Assembly: GCA_022813965.1 (NCBI GenBank)
Contig: JALDZS010000172.1
Coordinates: forward strand, 1-50,122
From: Toensbergia leucococca
Taxonomy: Eukaryota
Length of the DNA stretch: 50,122 nt
Direction of reading: 5' to 3'
Shown here: piece after piece, positions 1 to 14,177 of the stretch
Layout: each line of letters starts with the position of its first letter
Position numbering within the stretch: position 1 is the first letter of the stretch
The notes under the pieces: model-generated
Databases searched by the model: none
What the model was told of the DNA's origin: nothing
Seen by the model: the letters and a program-made list of their open reading frames with translations, nothing else
Position numbers and translations under genes: made by a program

Positions 1-528
1 AAGATCTATCTAGATATCACGATAATTCAATGTTTTGATGTTGCATGCCAAGACTGCACTGCGGTACGGTAGCCACCTCAATTCTTAATTTTTCGACCTC
101 GTACGAGTACTCGTACTGCTCGTGGTTGATTGTAACCATATTTCATAATGGAAACCCCCTCTAGTATTAATTAAAAGCAAAATGGCAAGATCATATTCAC
201 CACCACCACTCCTGTTTGACACCTCGTGCGGACATCAGATCACTACGAGTACTTCCTGGTGAGACATAACTGAGCCATAATGCTTTACGTCCCCAGAGAG
301 CCACTTCATCACCGTCTCCATAGTTCTAAATACACACACCCCTGAGCTCGATGATTGGATTCAAGCAAGTCAAACAACAAGCGCTGATTATGACCCATAT
401 ATTACATCCTCCTTCCACTTTGAAACACATTTCGTCATCTGTACAATCCAAAACTCCTCCAGAACACCTTGCACGCTCAGTATTTGAATTCAGACCCTAG
501 CATAGGGCACCTAAAAGAAAAGCCTGGA

Positions 529-1645
529 TCATGGATCGTAATTCTTGTAAGAACAGCTACAGATATTCCCAGAGGGTTCCGAAGTAAACCCATTGGTAAT
601 TCGAGCACCCAAGTCGCCATTGACTACTTCGTAGCAATCTGGCACATCAGACCCACCGCCGATAGTCTGAGTCACTGTGACAGCATAGGGCCACGGTTGA
701 AACCCGCTTGTGGAGTTACTTTCTGCGCCAGTAGGATATGATTTTGAAATATTGGTGTATAGGTTGGCTTCCATTAGGGTGTCATTGAAGAAGCAAGTCG
801 CCATCGAGTTATCTGTAGTGATGGCTGTAGATGGTTCCACCGCCTTGTTGACCGTCGTCTGGAATGTGTATCGCTCCGTAGCGGAATTCGCATCAACAAG
901 ATTTAGTGACACATTGACAAAGTTTGGGGCGAACGGGTTGTTGGTAGATGAAATCGAATAATTGGTAGCCGAGCCTGAGGCAGAGGCTGTAATGATCCAG
1001 TTGAAAGTTGACATCGCATCAGAGGGAGATGAACTATAGGTGGTGTATGGGTAACAGCGCCAAGTTGCTGGATTGGATGTGCAATTGGTGGAGACGGTAT
1101 CTAGAAAGGTGGTGACAGCGTAAGAGCCCACTGGGAAGGTGGCATTGGGAGTTGTTGAAGAATTTGAGGATGGTGATGAGGGCTGGTTTGATTTGCTATA
1201 TTAAAAGATCAATATATTGACTAGTTTTTGTCGCATGATGAGCATACCTGCTGTGTTTCTCGTGTAGGCCGACAACCAATCCGACGATCAAGGCGATTAG
1301 TATTGCAATGGCGACAATGGCTATAATGAAGAACCTCCTCCATCCTCCCCTTCGTGCAATGTACTTGTTGTTCCTCACATCTACTAGTTTTTCACCCTTT
1401 GGTCCAGTTGCATCCCAAACGCTGTATCGAGGGGGTGAGTTTTCGTAACTATGTCTGGGCGGGTCTCCATGCCAGATGCGACTGAAAGGTCGATTGTAAG
1501 CTCGTTGAGGAACAGGAGGAACCGGAGGAACAGGGCCATCTTCTGCGATGACGGACAACCTTGCATCGGGCGAGCTGTGCCGGCTACGTCTAGAGCCGCG
1601 GGTCGAGTGGCGTGGGAAGGAAGGGCGACTGAAATTGAACGACAT
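529..1645 (-). CDS. Fungal single-pass (type II) membrane protein with Ser/Thr/Cys-rich luminal domain, function unknown; exons 1645-1248, 1195-529
   Basis: A GTATGC..TAG intron (1247-1196) joins two ORFs in frame. Basic RRGGWRR precedes a hydrophobic span (FFIIAIVAIAILIALIVGLVVGL), followed by FPVGSY...CTSNPATWRCYPY and a C-terminal CSCSYKN, typical of a conserved Pezizomycotina family. Confidence 0.8.
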
Positions 1646-2501
1646 GGTGTGTTGATCTCAGTCAAAAGTTCGTATGTATAGATGGAAAGTGACGTGATCT
1701 TATCACAACATCCAAAGCTGAGCTAAGACTTCACATGAAGTGGATGCAGGGCAAGACATCATCGACATTCGACGACGACTGTCGGAGCTGCCTTTCCGAA
1801 TCCAATAGTACCCTAATTCAAAAGGGAAACAAGCTCGCAATTTCTTGACCATTTCGGGAATTTCGCAAGCGATCAATTACGCTTAAGCAAGCCACAACTC
1901 GTTTGATGCGGAGAGAGCGGAGAGAGTGTCTGATTGTAACTTCATCCATCTCATCAATCTCAAGATACTGTCATGGACTGTCCATGATTCTTGATCAATC
2001 CCCTGGTTGAAAGTATCTAATCCGACAGGCCTAGACAATTTGACATGTGTTGTATCCCATGCATCTTGAGGGACTGCCTACTGTAATTTGTATACAAGTA
2101 TCTGCCTGCTTGTCTTTCGTTGATCACCAAGCAGATGCATGAATGTTTCTTCTCTATCTCTATATCGTGTCCACACATCACTCAGCCATAGAATCCCCAA
2201 TATTTGATTGATTCGGCAAAAGGGTGCTTGATCATTCGCCATGCCTTGGTTCACTGTATGCGGATTCAAGAATACCGAGTTTGCTGACCATTATTTCATT
2301 TATCAGGTCTTTACAATTGATCGCTGTTTGTGCTTTGTCTGGATCAAAGAACTTCTGTCCTATCACAATCCATCATGCAATATTTTGTCCAACCAAGAGA
2401 ATTGCCAGGTCATCTTTGAATGATCCTCCCTAATATTTGATTGCCTGCACGATTGATACTATTATGCTTTCAAAACAAGCAATCTTGGGTTAACCATCAA
2501 C

Positions 2502-3900
2502 ATGGCTCCAACTAAGAGCTCTCATTCGTTCACAAAGAGGTTTGCGCCTCATCTTCTATGCAATCCCGTTGTCTCAAGTGAGGAAAGGGAAGAAGAGCCT
2601 GTTCTGGGGCCCTCTTGTTATCCTGCGAGAATAGCGCTAGGTAAAGGCTCTTCCGCCGCTCGCTGGTTTGAGATTTCAGGCTCTGTTGCCCATGGGTATA
2701 GTCCAGTTCTCCTCCACCTTTGATATCGTATGACGCCAAGCCTACTAAAACAGCACTGGGAATCCCATCTGAAGAGGATTTGAAAATTTGGAAGCCCAAA
2801 GCTGCTGCATTTATTAGGTCGAAGGCGAACATTGACGACACTTGGGATGGAAGGAGGCCCCTGGACGAAGGATGCTTTGGCCTCGCAGGATTATAGGAGG
2901 AATTTGATGCGGATGGTATGATTGTCGATGTAGGTTAGGGTGCCAAGTGGTCGGCTACACTGATCGTATACTAGCAAGTGGTTATCAAGGAAATTGAAAC
3001 GGGAAAGAAAGGTCACCGATGGCAGAGAGAAATACCAAATGAGGTCAAAGTCATCAGAATCATGAACAGCATGAGGTCTTCCGCTGTGGTGAAGTTTTAC
3101 GGCTACAAAAGATATGGGCACGAACAAGAGTAGCGGGTATATATGGAATATTGCCCTCATGGCGATCTCTGCGGGCTGTATAAAAGATACAGAAGGTTCA
3201 GGTTCGAGAAGATTCTAGAGAGGGAGCACAATCCAGGGAGGCATTGCTGAAAGCTGCAGACGCCACCTCCCTGAACCTTTCCTCTGGGAGACATTTTCGC
3301 ACTTTACCCACGCTGCTGCCAGTATGCTTCAAGGACCCTCTAATGAGTAATGGATTTATGAAATCGTACACCGAGATATTGAGCCTGGTAACGGTCAGTT
3401 TTTTGGCCACCGTCTACAATCGCGTTACACTCATTGCAACGCAGTCTTTTTTGGGCAACGAGATGTCCAGTCCATTTCCAACTTACCCGACCGCTAAGCT
3501 GGGAGCCTTCGGCCTTGCTGTCATGACGAACGCTGATAATAGGGGAAATCCTGAAGCGTTCCAGGGCGCTGGAACAAAGATGTATATGGCTCCAGTCAGT
3601 CCCTAATCAGTCACTAGACTATACATGGCTGCAGCTGACACACAAATAAAGGAGCATTTTCGATGGGAAGAGTATCCATCTTACTTGGAGGGCGAACGCA
3701 AACGCTCTGCGTGGTATACCAATGTTTGGACTATCGGTGCTACTATGCACGAGCTACTTCTTTGCATCATGTCAGGACAGCTATCTTCCCCGAATCACAG
3801 TGATGGCAATGGCGAGTGTGTTCCCTCAGTTCACACCAACCGGGATCCTGAGTGCAGTATCGGTCTCTGTTGGGAGGCTAGAATCGTAGGTTGCATGTAA
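2502..3900 (+). pseudogene. Degenerate Ser/Thr protein kinase (intron-containing pseudogene)
   Basis: Hand translation shows kinase subdomains in order: PLDEGCFG (Gly loop), VVIKE, EVKV, YMEYCPHGDL, LPEPFLW, IVHRDIEPGN (3369), KLGAFGLA (DFG->AFG, 3505), GTKMYMAP|E, NVWTIGATMHELL. In-frame TAG stops at 2894 and 3131 plus frameshifts. Ends approximate. Confidence 0.85.
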
Positions 3901-5038
3901 GACTTGCTAAAACAGCCTAATAGTCTATTTTGAATCTAACCTCCTATTTATGAATACATAAAACAAAGAATACTTCTAACTCATCTGGAATCTTCCATCT
4001 CGAATTTTCAATCTGGAACCTTGCTTAGCAAACATGACTCTGAGAAGTTGAGTCTCTTTGTTTCAACGACATCCGTGATCTTGTTCGTCGATGCCTAAGA
4101 CTTGATGCCTAAGACTTGATCCCGAGACACGACCCAGGATTACAGAACTCCAGCAAACCATTGGTGAATGCCGTCATGCCATGGCCGAACACGCTCAGAT
4201 GGCTAGGGTCAAAGATGAACCCGTCCGAAGCCAAGATGAGCGAGTTTTCTATCGCGGTAACGAAATCAACAGCATGCAATCTGATTCTGGGAGCCAAGTC
4301 GGACAAATGTAATGGAAAAAAATGAAAAAGGATTTTCTAACTTCTTACTACCGGCCTTCAGATATCCACGCTAGAATGCACTCCCTGACGAAGGCAGATA
4401 GAGCGGCGATGGCGAGGAAGCTACGATGAGAACCGAGGCCGATTCGATGGCGGCCATTGCTGGCACAGGCGAAGAGTGGGATGATGAACTTGCGATTACA
4501 GCTCGAAATGAAGGCGATGACGATGGTCATGTCGAGGATGAAGCAGCAAAAGAGAGTGAATCAGACGAAGAGGGTGAGTCAGAAAAAGGGGAAGAAACGG
4601 TGGTTCCTGGAACGGTGGCTTACATCAGAGGGCCACATGATGTGATAAGATTGGTCAACAAATTTGAGCGTCCTATTGTATGGGAATGTAGTTTCTTGAC
4701 GTTATGGGCTTTACTCCCAAGACTTTCGTACGGAGTAGTTGTGATGTATCGAGCCGTAGTACGAGTAGAACTAGCACAGACGAAACCTAATTCGCCACTT
4801 CCCTTTGCCTAGCATCAGCACGGACCACATCTTGGTGATCTTCCTACACAAGGAGACAAGTACAATTACCTACTCCCTCGACTAGAGCTAGGCGTGCTAG
4901 GTAAGCTAAGTGGTGAAGGTACTCCGTACCTCAGGTAATCAATGCGATATTACCTACCGTGCTACCTTACATGTTTATCAGATATCTCATCATGTAGCTT
5001 CGACTTCTAATCAGCCATCACGGCGGACGACTCTCGCC

Positions 5039-6344
5039 ATGCTCAAAGCCATTTTCTTCAGTAAATTTGATATCAATGAAGGCACAAATTACACTTAGCC
5101 ACCCCTTCCCAAAAGCTCTTAGCTAAATTATCATTTCAGGCCCCAAAGTCGTCCACCAAGTCCCCGCCGACTCTATTGTCCCTTCGACAAGCTCAGACCA
5201 GACCCCACTCTTCCATTTCCCCAGCATTTCATCCTACATTATCCCTCCACCAGAATCCTGCTCTCGAACCATAACCCTAACCACCTCCTCCCACCGCATC
5301 CTCTGCCACCCCATTTGTCTGCACTCGCCTGCTTACCCCCGCAATGCCTACACATTTTGTTTTGCCCTCGTTCTCGATGCTACAACCCCACACACCTCTT
5401 ACATCCCTCTCACCACTAAGCTCGCAACACTCTTCCGCCACCTTGAAGAGTCATCCTCCTTCCTCTCCGCCGACCCCTCACCCCCCAACACAGGCAAAAT
5501 CTACGCCTGTTGCGAAATCCTCCTCGAAGACCTAAACAACTACTGCGAATCTATGATCCCCATTGACGACGCCAACACCCTCAACATCAAGCTTTTCCCT
5601 ACCTACCCCCCCCCACCACCCCTTTTCCCCCACCACGTTCCCTTAACTATCGTCCGCCTCGACGCTCTAATTGATGAAAACTGGGACCTGACAATGTTGC
5701 GCATTCTTCCCTACATCAATGGACTTAACAGCGTGCGGCAGATCGCCTTGCTTGCCGACGCCGACTACAAGCTGGTACGTAAGGCAATCAAACATCTCCT
5801 CTACTATGGCTGCCTGCTTCTCCTCGACATTTTTAGCTTCGGCGCTATTTACGCCCCCACCGCCGAACTCCCTAGCTTTGTCGAAGACCAGGAGGTCCAG
5901 GCTGAGTGCGCGAGATATATCACCATTCCCGATAGCGGGCTTCCTGGGTCAACGGCAAGAAGTAGAGAAGGCAGCATCAGCGGCACAATGCTCGTAGAAT
6001 TGTATTGCGCCTTCAAGCAAGGTCAGACCGTCAAGTCTTGGTACGTCGATCACGCAGACGCTCTAGCAGGCATCGACATCCGACGTTTCATCACCTTTGG
6101 CGTAATCAAAGGCATCGTCTACCGAGTACATAAGTATCCTATAGGTACTAAATTCCCCAAGTCCAACGGCAATGGAAAGGCGCGTCACCTTACAAAGAGC
6201 GCCGGAGCCGTAGATGCCGAACTGGCAAAACATCTGGATGGAACCCATTGCTTTGATGAAATTTGTACGGAGCTGATGATCAGCGAGCGGGAATTGGTGG
6301 GGCGTTTGAAGGCTTGTGGGGATGTGCAGATCATACATCGGTGA
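5039..6344 (+). CDS. NPR2: Nitrogen permease regulator 2 (SEACIT/GATOR1 subunit); exons 5039-5081, 5140-6344
   Basis: MLKAIFFSKFDINEG|PKVVHQVP N-terminus; ILLEDLNNYCESMIPIDDANTLNIKLFP, WDLTMLRILPYING, DIRRFITFGVIKG and LDGTHCFDEIC motifs. The 58-nt intron has a GC donor. Confidence 0.93.
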
Positions 6345-7793
6345 CTCCTAAGAGCACAACAATCCACCTTAATACCCATCCATCAAGACCAAGTGCCACC
6401 CCAGACGGAGTACGGATCATCTTCCACCCCAAACACCTGTGCCTCAACATCCTCCCACTCGAATTCAAAGACTCTCCCGCTCAAGTAGCCTTAGCTAAAA
6501 CCAGCCAAACATTCCACTCCTCGTCCCTGCCGTCAAACATTCTCCAGAAATTCTGCCATAAATGCATTTTGAGTCAACACGCATGCACAACATACGGGCA
6601 CTGGTGTGGGTTTTCCCTGTGGTAATAGCAGTAGTGTTACCGGTGCAGAGTCGCATTTTCGGCTTAAAGTGCAGAGACGTATGTATCTTTGTCGTGTTAG
6701 AGTGCTTGCGCATACATCGGAAGGGTATATCGAGAAAAGCATTTATCAAACAGCAACGAAGAGACATGCTCAATGAGGATGGGTACATCGGGAGATGTAG
6801 AGCAAAGTCTCGCCATATGAAGAGCACGTGTTTCTAAATTAAAGCTCTTGGAACCGCACAGCATTTGCCTCCCGCAACTGTGTGTATGTGTTTCCTGCGA
6901 ATCTCAATTGATAGGCTGGAGATAGCCCAAAATTTAATAATGCAGACTCTGTCTCAGAAGCTCCAGGTTTTGAGGGACCATGGTAAGGAATGCAAAGTCA
7001 GTCTATGGTCAATTCTAGCTTCGGTGGTGGCTCTTGCTCAATACTACCTACTCGTAGAATCAAAGTAGCCCCAGTAGGTAGATTAAGAAGGCATAACCCC
7101 ACCCTTAGTCCGTGGCAGTAAATCCCTTGCACACGGGTCCACATTATTAGAATAAAGTAGAGATGTGTGGGATACCTTAGATACTCTCGTCTCTCGGTAC
7201 TGTACTTTTTCAATGGACCATGACATCGCTTGGTATGAGAATTAAGAATCGAGAAGCAGGATTTCCCTCGGCTGTTGGGCTGTTGTCCTACTTGTCCATG
7301 GTTTTCTGGCTGAAATGTAGCAATATGATTGGTGGCCACGATCCTGGCAAGCTTGAAATTAGACAAGTCGTTGTGGCTGGTGTGCAAGTGTGTGCCGCCG
7401 AGACAGAGACCTCCTCCACACACTTCGCGACTACATCCCGTTTGCCTTCCCCCATCGTGCACCCAGGCTTTGCTTGATCTGGACATCATCCCAGTGTACT
7501 CTTTGAACAGTGTGTCGCCAATCAACAGTTCGGAAAAGAGAGCGCGCGTCCTGTCCCTTTTCTCGCTACGGTCGCAAACGCTCACCACTACGGCAGTAAT
7601 ATTGGCATACATGAGGACGGAAAGAGACAAGAAGCAGAGGAAAGGTTTGAACAGGTTGCGAACCTGCAATAGCTGCAAAGGGTCTTGCCTCTGCTGCTTT
7701 CCTTGTTGCTAGCCCTTACGAGAACGTGCCGTCAATAGTCGACAGTTGCGACACGCTCATCGCAGCCTCATCCAGGCTGTAGATTGGCCCCAA

Positions 7794-9908
7794 ATGAGTG
7801 ACGAGATTGCGCAAGCACCTAGGGAGCATCTTGTGTACTCGAATGCCGTTGCTAAGGATAATCTAAAGTTGCATCCGCAAACCGCAGATCTTGCAACTTC
7901 GACGACCTACGGTACGTTTACCATTAGTCCGGGTAGATTGAAACCCACTCCGAAGCCTTAAGTATTCTGACTACAATTTTAGATTCTGTTGTCCCGTCGA
8001 GTTCTCGCCCCAGTACAGGAAATCTCGCTTTTCAAGATTCTTCGACGCCTGTAACACAACTATCGTCATCCAGGGAAAGTGAAGCAGATACGGTCAGAGG
8101 CGAAGACGTGACACAACCTCAAAAAAATACATTCGAAATACCCCAGCCAGCACCAGAGCCGCAGGATAAACTCTCAGAAGGACGGTTGGCGCCAGATCAA
8201 CCTTTGCGTTCTTCTTCAAGCACGAAGCTACCAGTGTCGAATTCACTTCCCGTAAGTGGACCGAGTTCTGATGATCAGACGAAGAGTTCTAGGCGTGGGT
8301 CCAAAGGCAGTCTTATCGGGAGGCGGCACAGTGGAAGCGTTGCGAGCAGCACCCATTCGAGAAAGGAGAAGAGGCTCGCGACCAAAGCATCAGGCCAAGA
8401 GAAAGCAACTGACAATAGCGGAACCGCGTCAAGTACCGAGAAGAAGGAAAGAAGAGGTGTTTCGAAGCTGCTGTCATTCTTGAATTGTTGTAGCGCGCCC
8501 GAAAATGCGAACATTGTCAGCGCTGATGACCAGGTTGGCCCAGCAAGAAAAGCCAACAAGCTCCAACCGACCCGTGGGAGACAAGCGACACCTATAAACA
8601 AACCAGATGCAAGTGCAGCAGAATCAAGTACTGGAGAATCTAAAGAAGCAACTGATGAGAAAATTGGAGGGCCTCAGTATTCAGATCTCCCTGCAGCTGC
8701 AGAACCAAAGATGGTCGATCAACGGCCGAAAGGTGTTGTGCTAATTGAGAAGCCTACACGTGAGACTAATCAGGGACCATATAAAGAAACGAAAGGGCCC
8801 GGTGAAGCGCAAACAACAGCGCGAGATCAGCCCTTACCACCTATACCAGGTTCCGAAGATTCTGTAAGGGATGATGTTAATCCCGGAGACGATGCGTACA
8901 TGGCTTCGGACACAAAAGCCGTGGCTGAAATGCCGAAGCCGACGATTCCAATCCAAGAAATGGCGATAAACGATCGAACGCCACAGCAGGAGGAAAGAGA
9001 TAGCGACATCGTAATGGCCGATGCCCCCCCAGTCACTCAACCTACAGATGAACCTTCAAGCAAAAACGAAGGAAAGGAAGCAAATCCGACACACGCGAAT
9101 TTACCTCCTCCACCCCCATTAGCACGCGACGCTCAGGCTAGCTCAGGCGCTGGCACCGTGAAGGGGAACACTAATGTGGCCATTCCTAACGAGAAGCAGC
9201 AATGGCTCTTACCGCCTTTACAGCCTCATTTTCAAGGCAAAAAATGCCTAGTCTTAGATTTGGACGAAACGCTGGTCCATAGTAGTTTCAAGGTAAGCGT
9301 CAAGATCTCCAACACTCTGGCTGTTCTGACCTTTTTAGATTCTTCATCAAGCGGATTTCACTATACCTGTTGAAATTGAGGGCCAGTACCATAATGTATA
9401 TGTAATCAAACGACCTGGCGTCGATCAGTTCATGAAGCGTGTGGGCGAACTCTATGAAGTCGTGGTTTTCACAGCTTCAGTCTCAAAGGCAAGCACTGCC
9501 AATTAGAATTTATATTTACACAGGCTCTGACGATTATGATTTTAGTATGGCGATCCTCTGCTTGATCAACTCGATATCCACCACGTCGTGCACCATCGGC
9601 TGTTTCGCGAAAGTTGCTATAACCACCAGGGAAATTATGTCAAAGTGCGTGTTGATATCCTCGCAGTCCGAGTTGCAGTACTTATGTTGCCCTAGGATCT
9701 TTCTCAAGTGGGTCGCGACCTGCGAGAGACAATCATCATTGACAATTCTCCAACGTCATATATATTCCATCCCCAACACGCTGTCCCCATCAGCAGCTGG
9801 TTTTCCGATGCACACGACAATGAGCTTCTAGATCTCATACCTGTCCTCGAAGACCTGGCCGGCCCTCAAGTCCGCGACGTCAGCCTGGTTCTTGATGTTG
9901 CATTATAG
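7794..9908 (+). CDS. PSR1: Psr1/Psr2-like FCP1/NIF-family HAD phosphatase; exons 7794-7911, 7983-9292, 9339-9488, 9546-9644, 9696-9908
   Basis: [18 protein letters not shown] catalytic motif, [36 protein letters not shown]; long disordered N-terminus containing an LNCC motif. All exons join in frame. Confidence 0.92.
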
Positions 9909-10699
9909 CCTTGGCCTGTCGGCGCGAAAGCCGACACATGATCATCAGCGAGCGAAAATTTTCATTCCAATTGGTAATAGATCGGCCTACGGAATCTTTG
10001 TAATAATCGACTCGACTCCTTTCTTCTTGCAGGGAATCATCAGCGGCGACTTGGCTGGAGCACATGAGATCGGATTTTGTAAAAAGAGACGGGATTAATA
10101 CATTAAAAGGGGCATTCAAAATGCATCTTCTTGGTTTAGCAGCATTCTGATTTTTCGTGCCACGTCCTTGGGCGAATTCCAGTTCCTCGTATCGCCAACT
10201 AAGCTTTCAGCGTGCGTTTCTTCCCTTGCATGCAATGGCGTTTTACATATCCTTCTCACAGCGGGCTGGCTCTCGTATAGTAGTCCTTCGTAGCGACCTT
10301 CAGGCATAGCTGCAAAGGCTTCTAAGAGCTTTTGCGCCACAAGAGTTCACACGCATAGCTAGCTCCTCAAAAAGATTGTTTCCAAATTGCCACATGTTCA
10401 TGACTACTATTGCCACTCACACTCGCACTGTTACCTTCTGGGGCATTCCATTCCGATTATTGGAGCTGTGGACACAACACTGAGTACTCGTAGCCTCAAA
10501 GCTAATCGTCTTATGGCCCCCAAAACGAATCCGCGTACAGATCAAGCATCAATGTAGTCTGAACTCATAGACACTTCTACCAAAAGTTGCGAGCATACCT
10601 TTACTACTTCCCCGAGTTGACTTTTTCAATACGGGTGCCGTCGTACTCATATTCTACAAGCAACCTCTCATGATTTCAACGTAGCATAAGGAAACAAAT

Positions 10700-12141
10700 A
10701 TGACGATTCCCCCCCCCATAGAAATGAACACATCTGATGATGCTGCAACACCGATAGATACCTCCATTCTGCGAGACAGCCATGGATGGGATGGCAAGCT
10801 TCGCCTGGATAGGAAAGCTATCATCACCAACGGCGAAGTCTTATCGGACCCAGACCAATCTGACGAGGACGCCCCGCCTGTCGACCAAATAGAAGCAGAT
10901 GAAGGTGAATAATTCTGAATTGACATTATTGACCATAGCTGATGTCTCAAGGGTAGATCTGCTCGATGGCTACGAATTGGACATTGATGTCCGCCATCCA
11001 ACAACGTTGTGCGTTAAATATCGCTGACAGGTTTCTATGGTCAGGACATCGACCTGGTTCATTGCCGCGTTTCTTCGATACCAGCATTACGTCTCGAACG
11101 CTTCACTAAGGTCGAGGTAAGATTACCCTGCACCAAAAGTGCCAATCAGCTTGCTTGACGGTTCCAACTCACTGTACTGCCCTAGAAATTGTGTCTCCGG
11201 CAAAACCAAATATCATCAATAGAGATTCCAAGTAATCTTGGCTCCACATTAGAGGACTTGGATCTATACGACAATCTCATCTCGCACATCAAAGGCCTAG
11301 ATAGTCTAGTACACCTCACAAGTTTAGATCTGAGCTTCAACAAGATCAAGCGTGTCCAGAATGTGAATCACCTGAAGAAGCTGAAGGATCTCTACTTTGT
11401 CCAGAACAAGATACCGCGGATCGAAGGGCTTGATGGACTGGCAGGATTGAGAAACTTGGAATTGGCAGCGAACCGGATACGGGTGGGTCATTGAACGAGC
11501 GGGAGTCGCATCGATGCTGACTGTTGACACAGGAGATTGAGAATCTTGAGACTTTGACAGGTCTAGAAGAATTATGGCTGGGCAAGAACAAAATTACAGA
11601 GTTGAAGGTTGATACTGTAATTTCCGATGCTCTGTCATCCAGCTCACGGTTGATCAGAATTTATCTCCCCTCGCGAATCTCAAAATCCTATCAATACAAT
11701 CCAATCGACTACCCAAGATCTCCGGCCTCTCCGACCTTTCCACCCTCGAGGAACTCTACATATCCCACAACGCCCTGACCGAAATCTCTGGCTTAGAAAG
11801 CAACCACAACCTCCGCGTCCTGGATATCTCAAACAATCAAATCACCAAACTCGCCAATCTTCAGCACCTCAAACATCTAGAGGAGCTGTGGGCCTCGGGA
11901 AATCAACTCTCATCATTTGATGAAGTCGAGAAGGAGTTGGCGGACAAGGAAGAGCTGAATACAGTTTACTTTGAGGGAAATCCTCTGCAGTTAAAGAACT
12001 CGGTCATGTATAGGAACAAAGTTCGCTTAGCGTTGCCGAAGATCCAACAGATCGATGCAAGTATGTTGATCTTGTGTTTTGTAGGTGGTAGCTTGGTCCT
12101 CTGAAACTGACATCAAATTAGCGTACGTACGTCTGTCCTAA
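10700..12141 (+). CDS. SDS22: PP1 regulatory subunit Sds22 (leucine-rich repeat); exons 10700-10904, 10957-10988, 11045-11116, 11186-11482, 11533-11607, 11658-12060, 12122-12141
   Basis: SDS22-type LRRs (LEDLDLYDNLI, LDLSFNKI, LYFVQNKI, LELAANRI, LWLGKNKI) and LRR cap VYFEGNPLQ..YRNKVRLALP..QIDAT. The start codon could be a nearby downstream ATG. Confidence 0.93.
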
Positions 12142-13057
12142 CAACGGCAACAATTTATGGTCGAATAGAGCCTTTGGCTTTGCGCCTTGTTGCTGTCTCG
12201 GCGTTTTTTTTGAAAAATGGTGGTTGGTGGAGCATGTGGGGTCAGGTATCAGGAGCAGTATATTAAATGGATACATCGGACGCGAGAGAAACGATTGCAC
12301 CTCTAGTACAAGAATTTCCATATTTGTCAGTTGCGATCTATTGGAGAAGAGGAAGAGAGCTATTCGCTGAAGTAGCAATCTAGTTGCAGGCCAATCTACC
12401 CTTCACCATTAACACACAACCAGACGCAAAATGGTACTGCAAGATGAAATTGAATCCAGCAGTGGTTCTTCAAGTTACTAATCTAGTACGGGACGAAGTC
12501 ACCCGTTATCTGTGAGTAAGTGCTCTGCATTCTGGCATCCCGAAATGTCATGCGGATTGCATCACTGATCCTGAGGCCAAGAGAAATTTGAGCAGAGATC
12601 TTTTCGTTGGAAACGGGTGCTTGCAGCCATCTAATGAGGACAGTCAATGGTTTCTCGGATTTCTCTTGGAGGTTGAAGTAATTGAGGAAAAGCATTTTGC
12701 GTCGGAGATGGTGTTGATTATGGATGTTCTGGTTAGGGCGACTTTCGTGATGGCTATCTCGATAATGAAAGTGGGAAGGTCGATAAAGAGGTTTGAATTC
12801 TGAAGGGGACTTGTGGATAGGTGGATAGAAGTCATAGTTCCAGTTAAACATTGCTACTCGTACGCGGCCTACGATACGGAACGGGGAATTTGAATGGTTG
12901 AAGTTACAGACCGTAGAAGCTTTGAAGAATCTGTAAATTTGAGCCGCAAAGTATCAGGAGAATTGAAGTTATGCTCTTCTGCAAAGGAAGAGAATAATTG
13001 TCTCGTATCACACTACAGGTGTCGTGCATGGCATGTATCGAGTTACTAGGGCAACCT

Positions 13058-14177
13058 CTATACATATATAGGTTGATTGACTCCATACTGTGCGAGAAAT
13101 TAGCTGAGGTCCACAAAGCCTTGCCAGTGTTTACTCACAATCGGCGGATCATTGAACCTCAATCCTCTATTTAATCCACTGATTGATTCAATCTCACTGG
13201 TGCTCAAGTCGAAACTCGTAACGTCCAAGTTCTGCGCAAGTCTGCCTTGATTATTACTCTTCGGAATGACAGCAACACTCCTTTGTGTAGACCATCTGAG
13301 CAGGATCTGCGCCGGGGTTTTCTTGTGCTTATCCGCAATAGACTTTATGGTCGGATTGTCGAATAGAAGTGGTGTGTCTTTGGCTCTTTGCATGTCCAGT
13401 TCCAGAAAAGATTGGGGACCGAAAGACGAGTATGCTGTGACGGCCATTCCCTCTGCTTGGGCAAGCTTGACAAGACCCTCCTGGGTAAGGTAAGGATGGT
13501 GCTCGATTTGTAACGTGGCAGGCCTGATCTTGGCATATCTTAGCAAGTCCATGATTAATGCGCCGACAAAATTGCTGATCCCAATGCTCTTCGCCATTCC
13601 TTTTTCCACGAGACTTTCCATCGCAGTCCATGTCTCTTGTATGCTGGCGTTACCCGGGACTACATTTTTGCCGTCATAGGTGAAGCCTGGTGGATAGCGA
13701 TCCGAGGGATCGACATATTTAAGGGAGATGGGAAAATGAATAATATAAAGGTCAAAGTAATCGATGCCCCAATCTTTGAGCTGCTTCTTGCAAATTGGTT
13801 CAACTCGCTCCTGATCGTGAAATGAGTTCCATAGCTTGGAGACAATGAAAAGGTCTTCGCGCTTCACGAGTCCCTCCTTAATCGCGCGTGCAACACCCTG
13901 GCCAGACTCGATCTCATTTCCATAATCTAGAGGCCGTCAGCGTAAGAGATGGGCGTGAGATTTTCAATGCAACTGCCCACCGCAGGCCCCATCAAAGAGA
14001 CGATAGCCAGACTTGATGGCATTGTAGACTTGATCAGCGCAGGTATCGTTGTTAACCTTCCAGAGACTGGGATTGATGAGTGGCAGTAACAATGGTTTAA
14101 TCATAATCGAGAGGTATGACTAACCCGAAGCCAACAATGGGCATCTGATGGCCGCTGCTGAGCGTAATAGTAGACAT
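13058..14177 (-). CDS. xyl1: NAD(P)H-dependent D-xylose reductase (aldo-keto reductase); exons 14177-14125, 14066-13981, 13926-13139, 13087-13058
   Basis: [79 protein letters not shown] and LRFNDP motifs of AKR2B xylose reductases. Confidence 0.93.

Noticed and set aside
4090..4117. 14-bp tandem duplication GATGCCTAAGACTT x2 and nearby short ORFs (4109-4306 minus)
   Set aside because: Simple slippage duplication. No recognisable domain in either frame.
4426..4812. Acidic 128-aa ORF
   Set aside because: Low complexity with no motif. Could be a gene relic but cannot be supported.
5140..5700. Strong C-rich/G-poor skew in the 5' half of NPR2
   Set aside because: The frame is open and the protein conserved. 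5' C-skew is common in fungal genes.
6998..7678. 226-aa minus-strand ORF
   Set aside because: No domain features, non-ATG start, and it lies in the PSR1 upstream/5'UTR region. Probably spurious.
12483..12851. 122-aa minus-strand ORF between SDS22 and xyl1
   Set aside because: No recognisable family or splice structure. Possible relic but unsupported.
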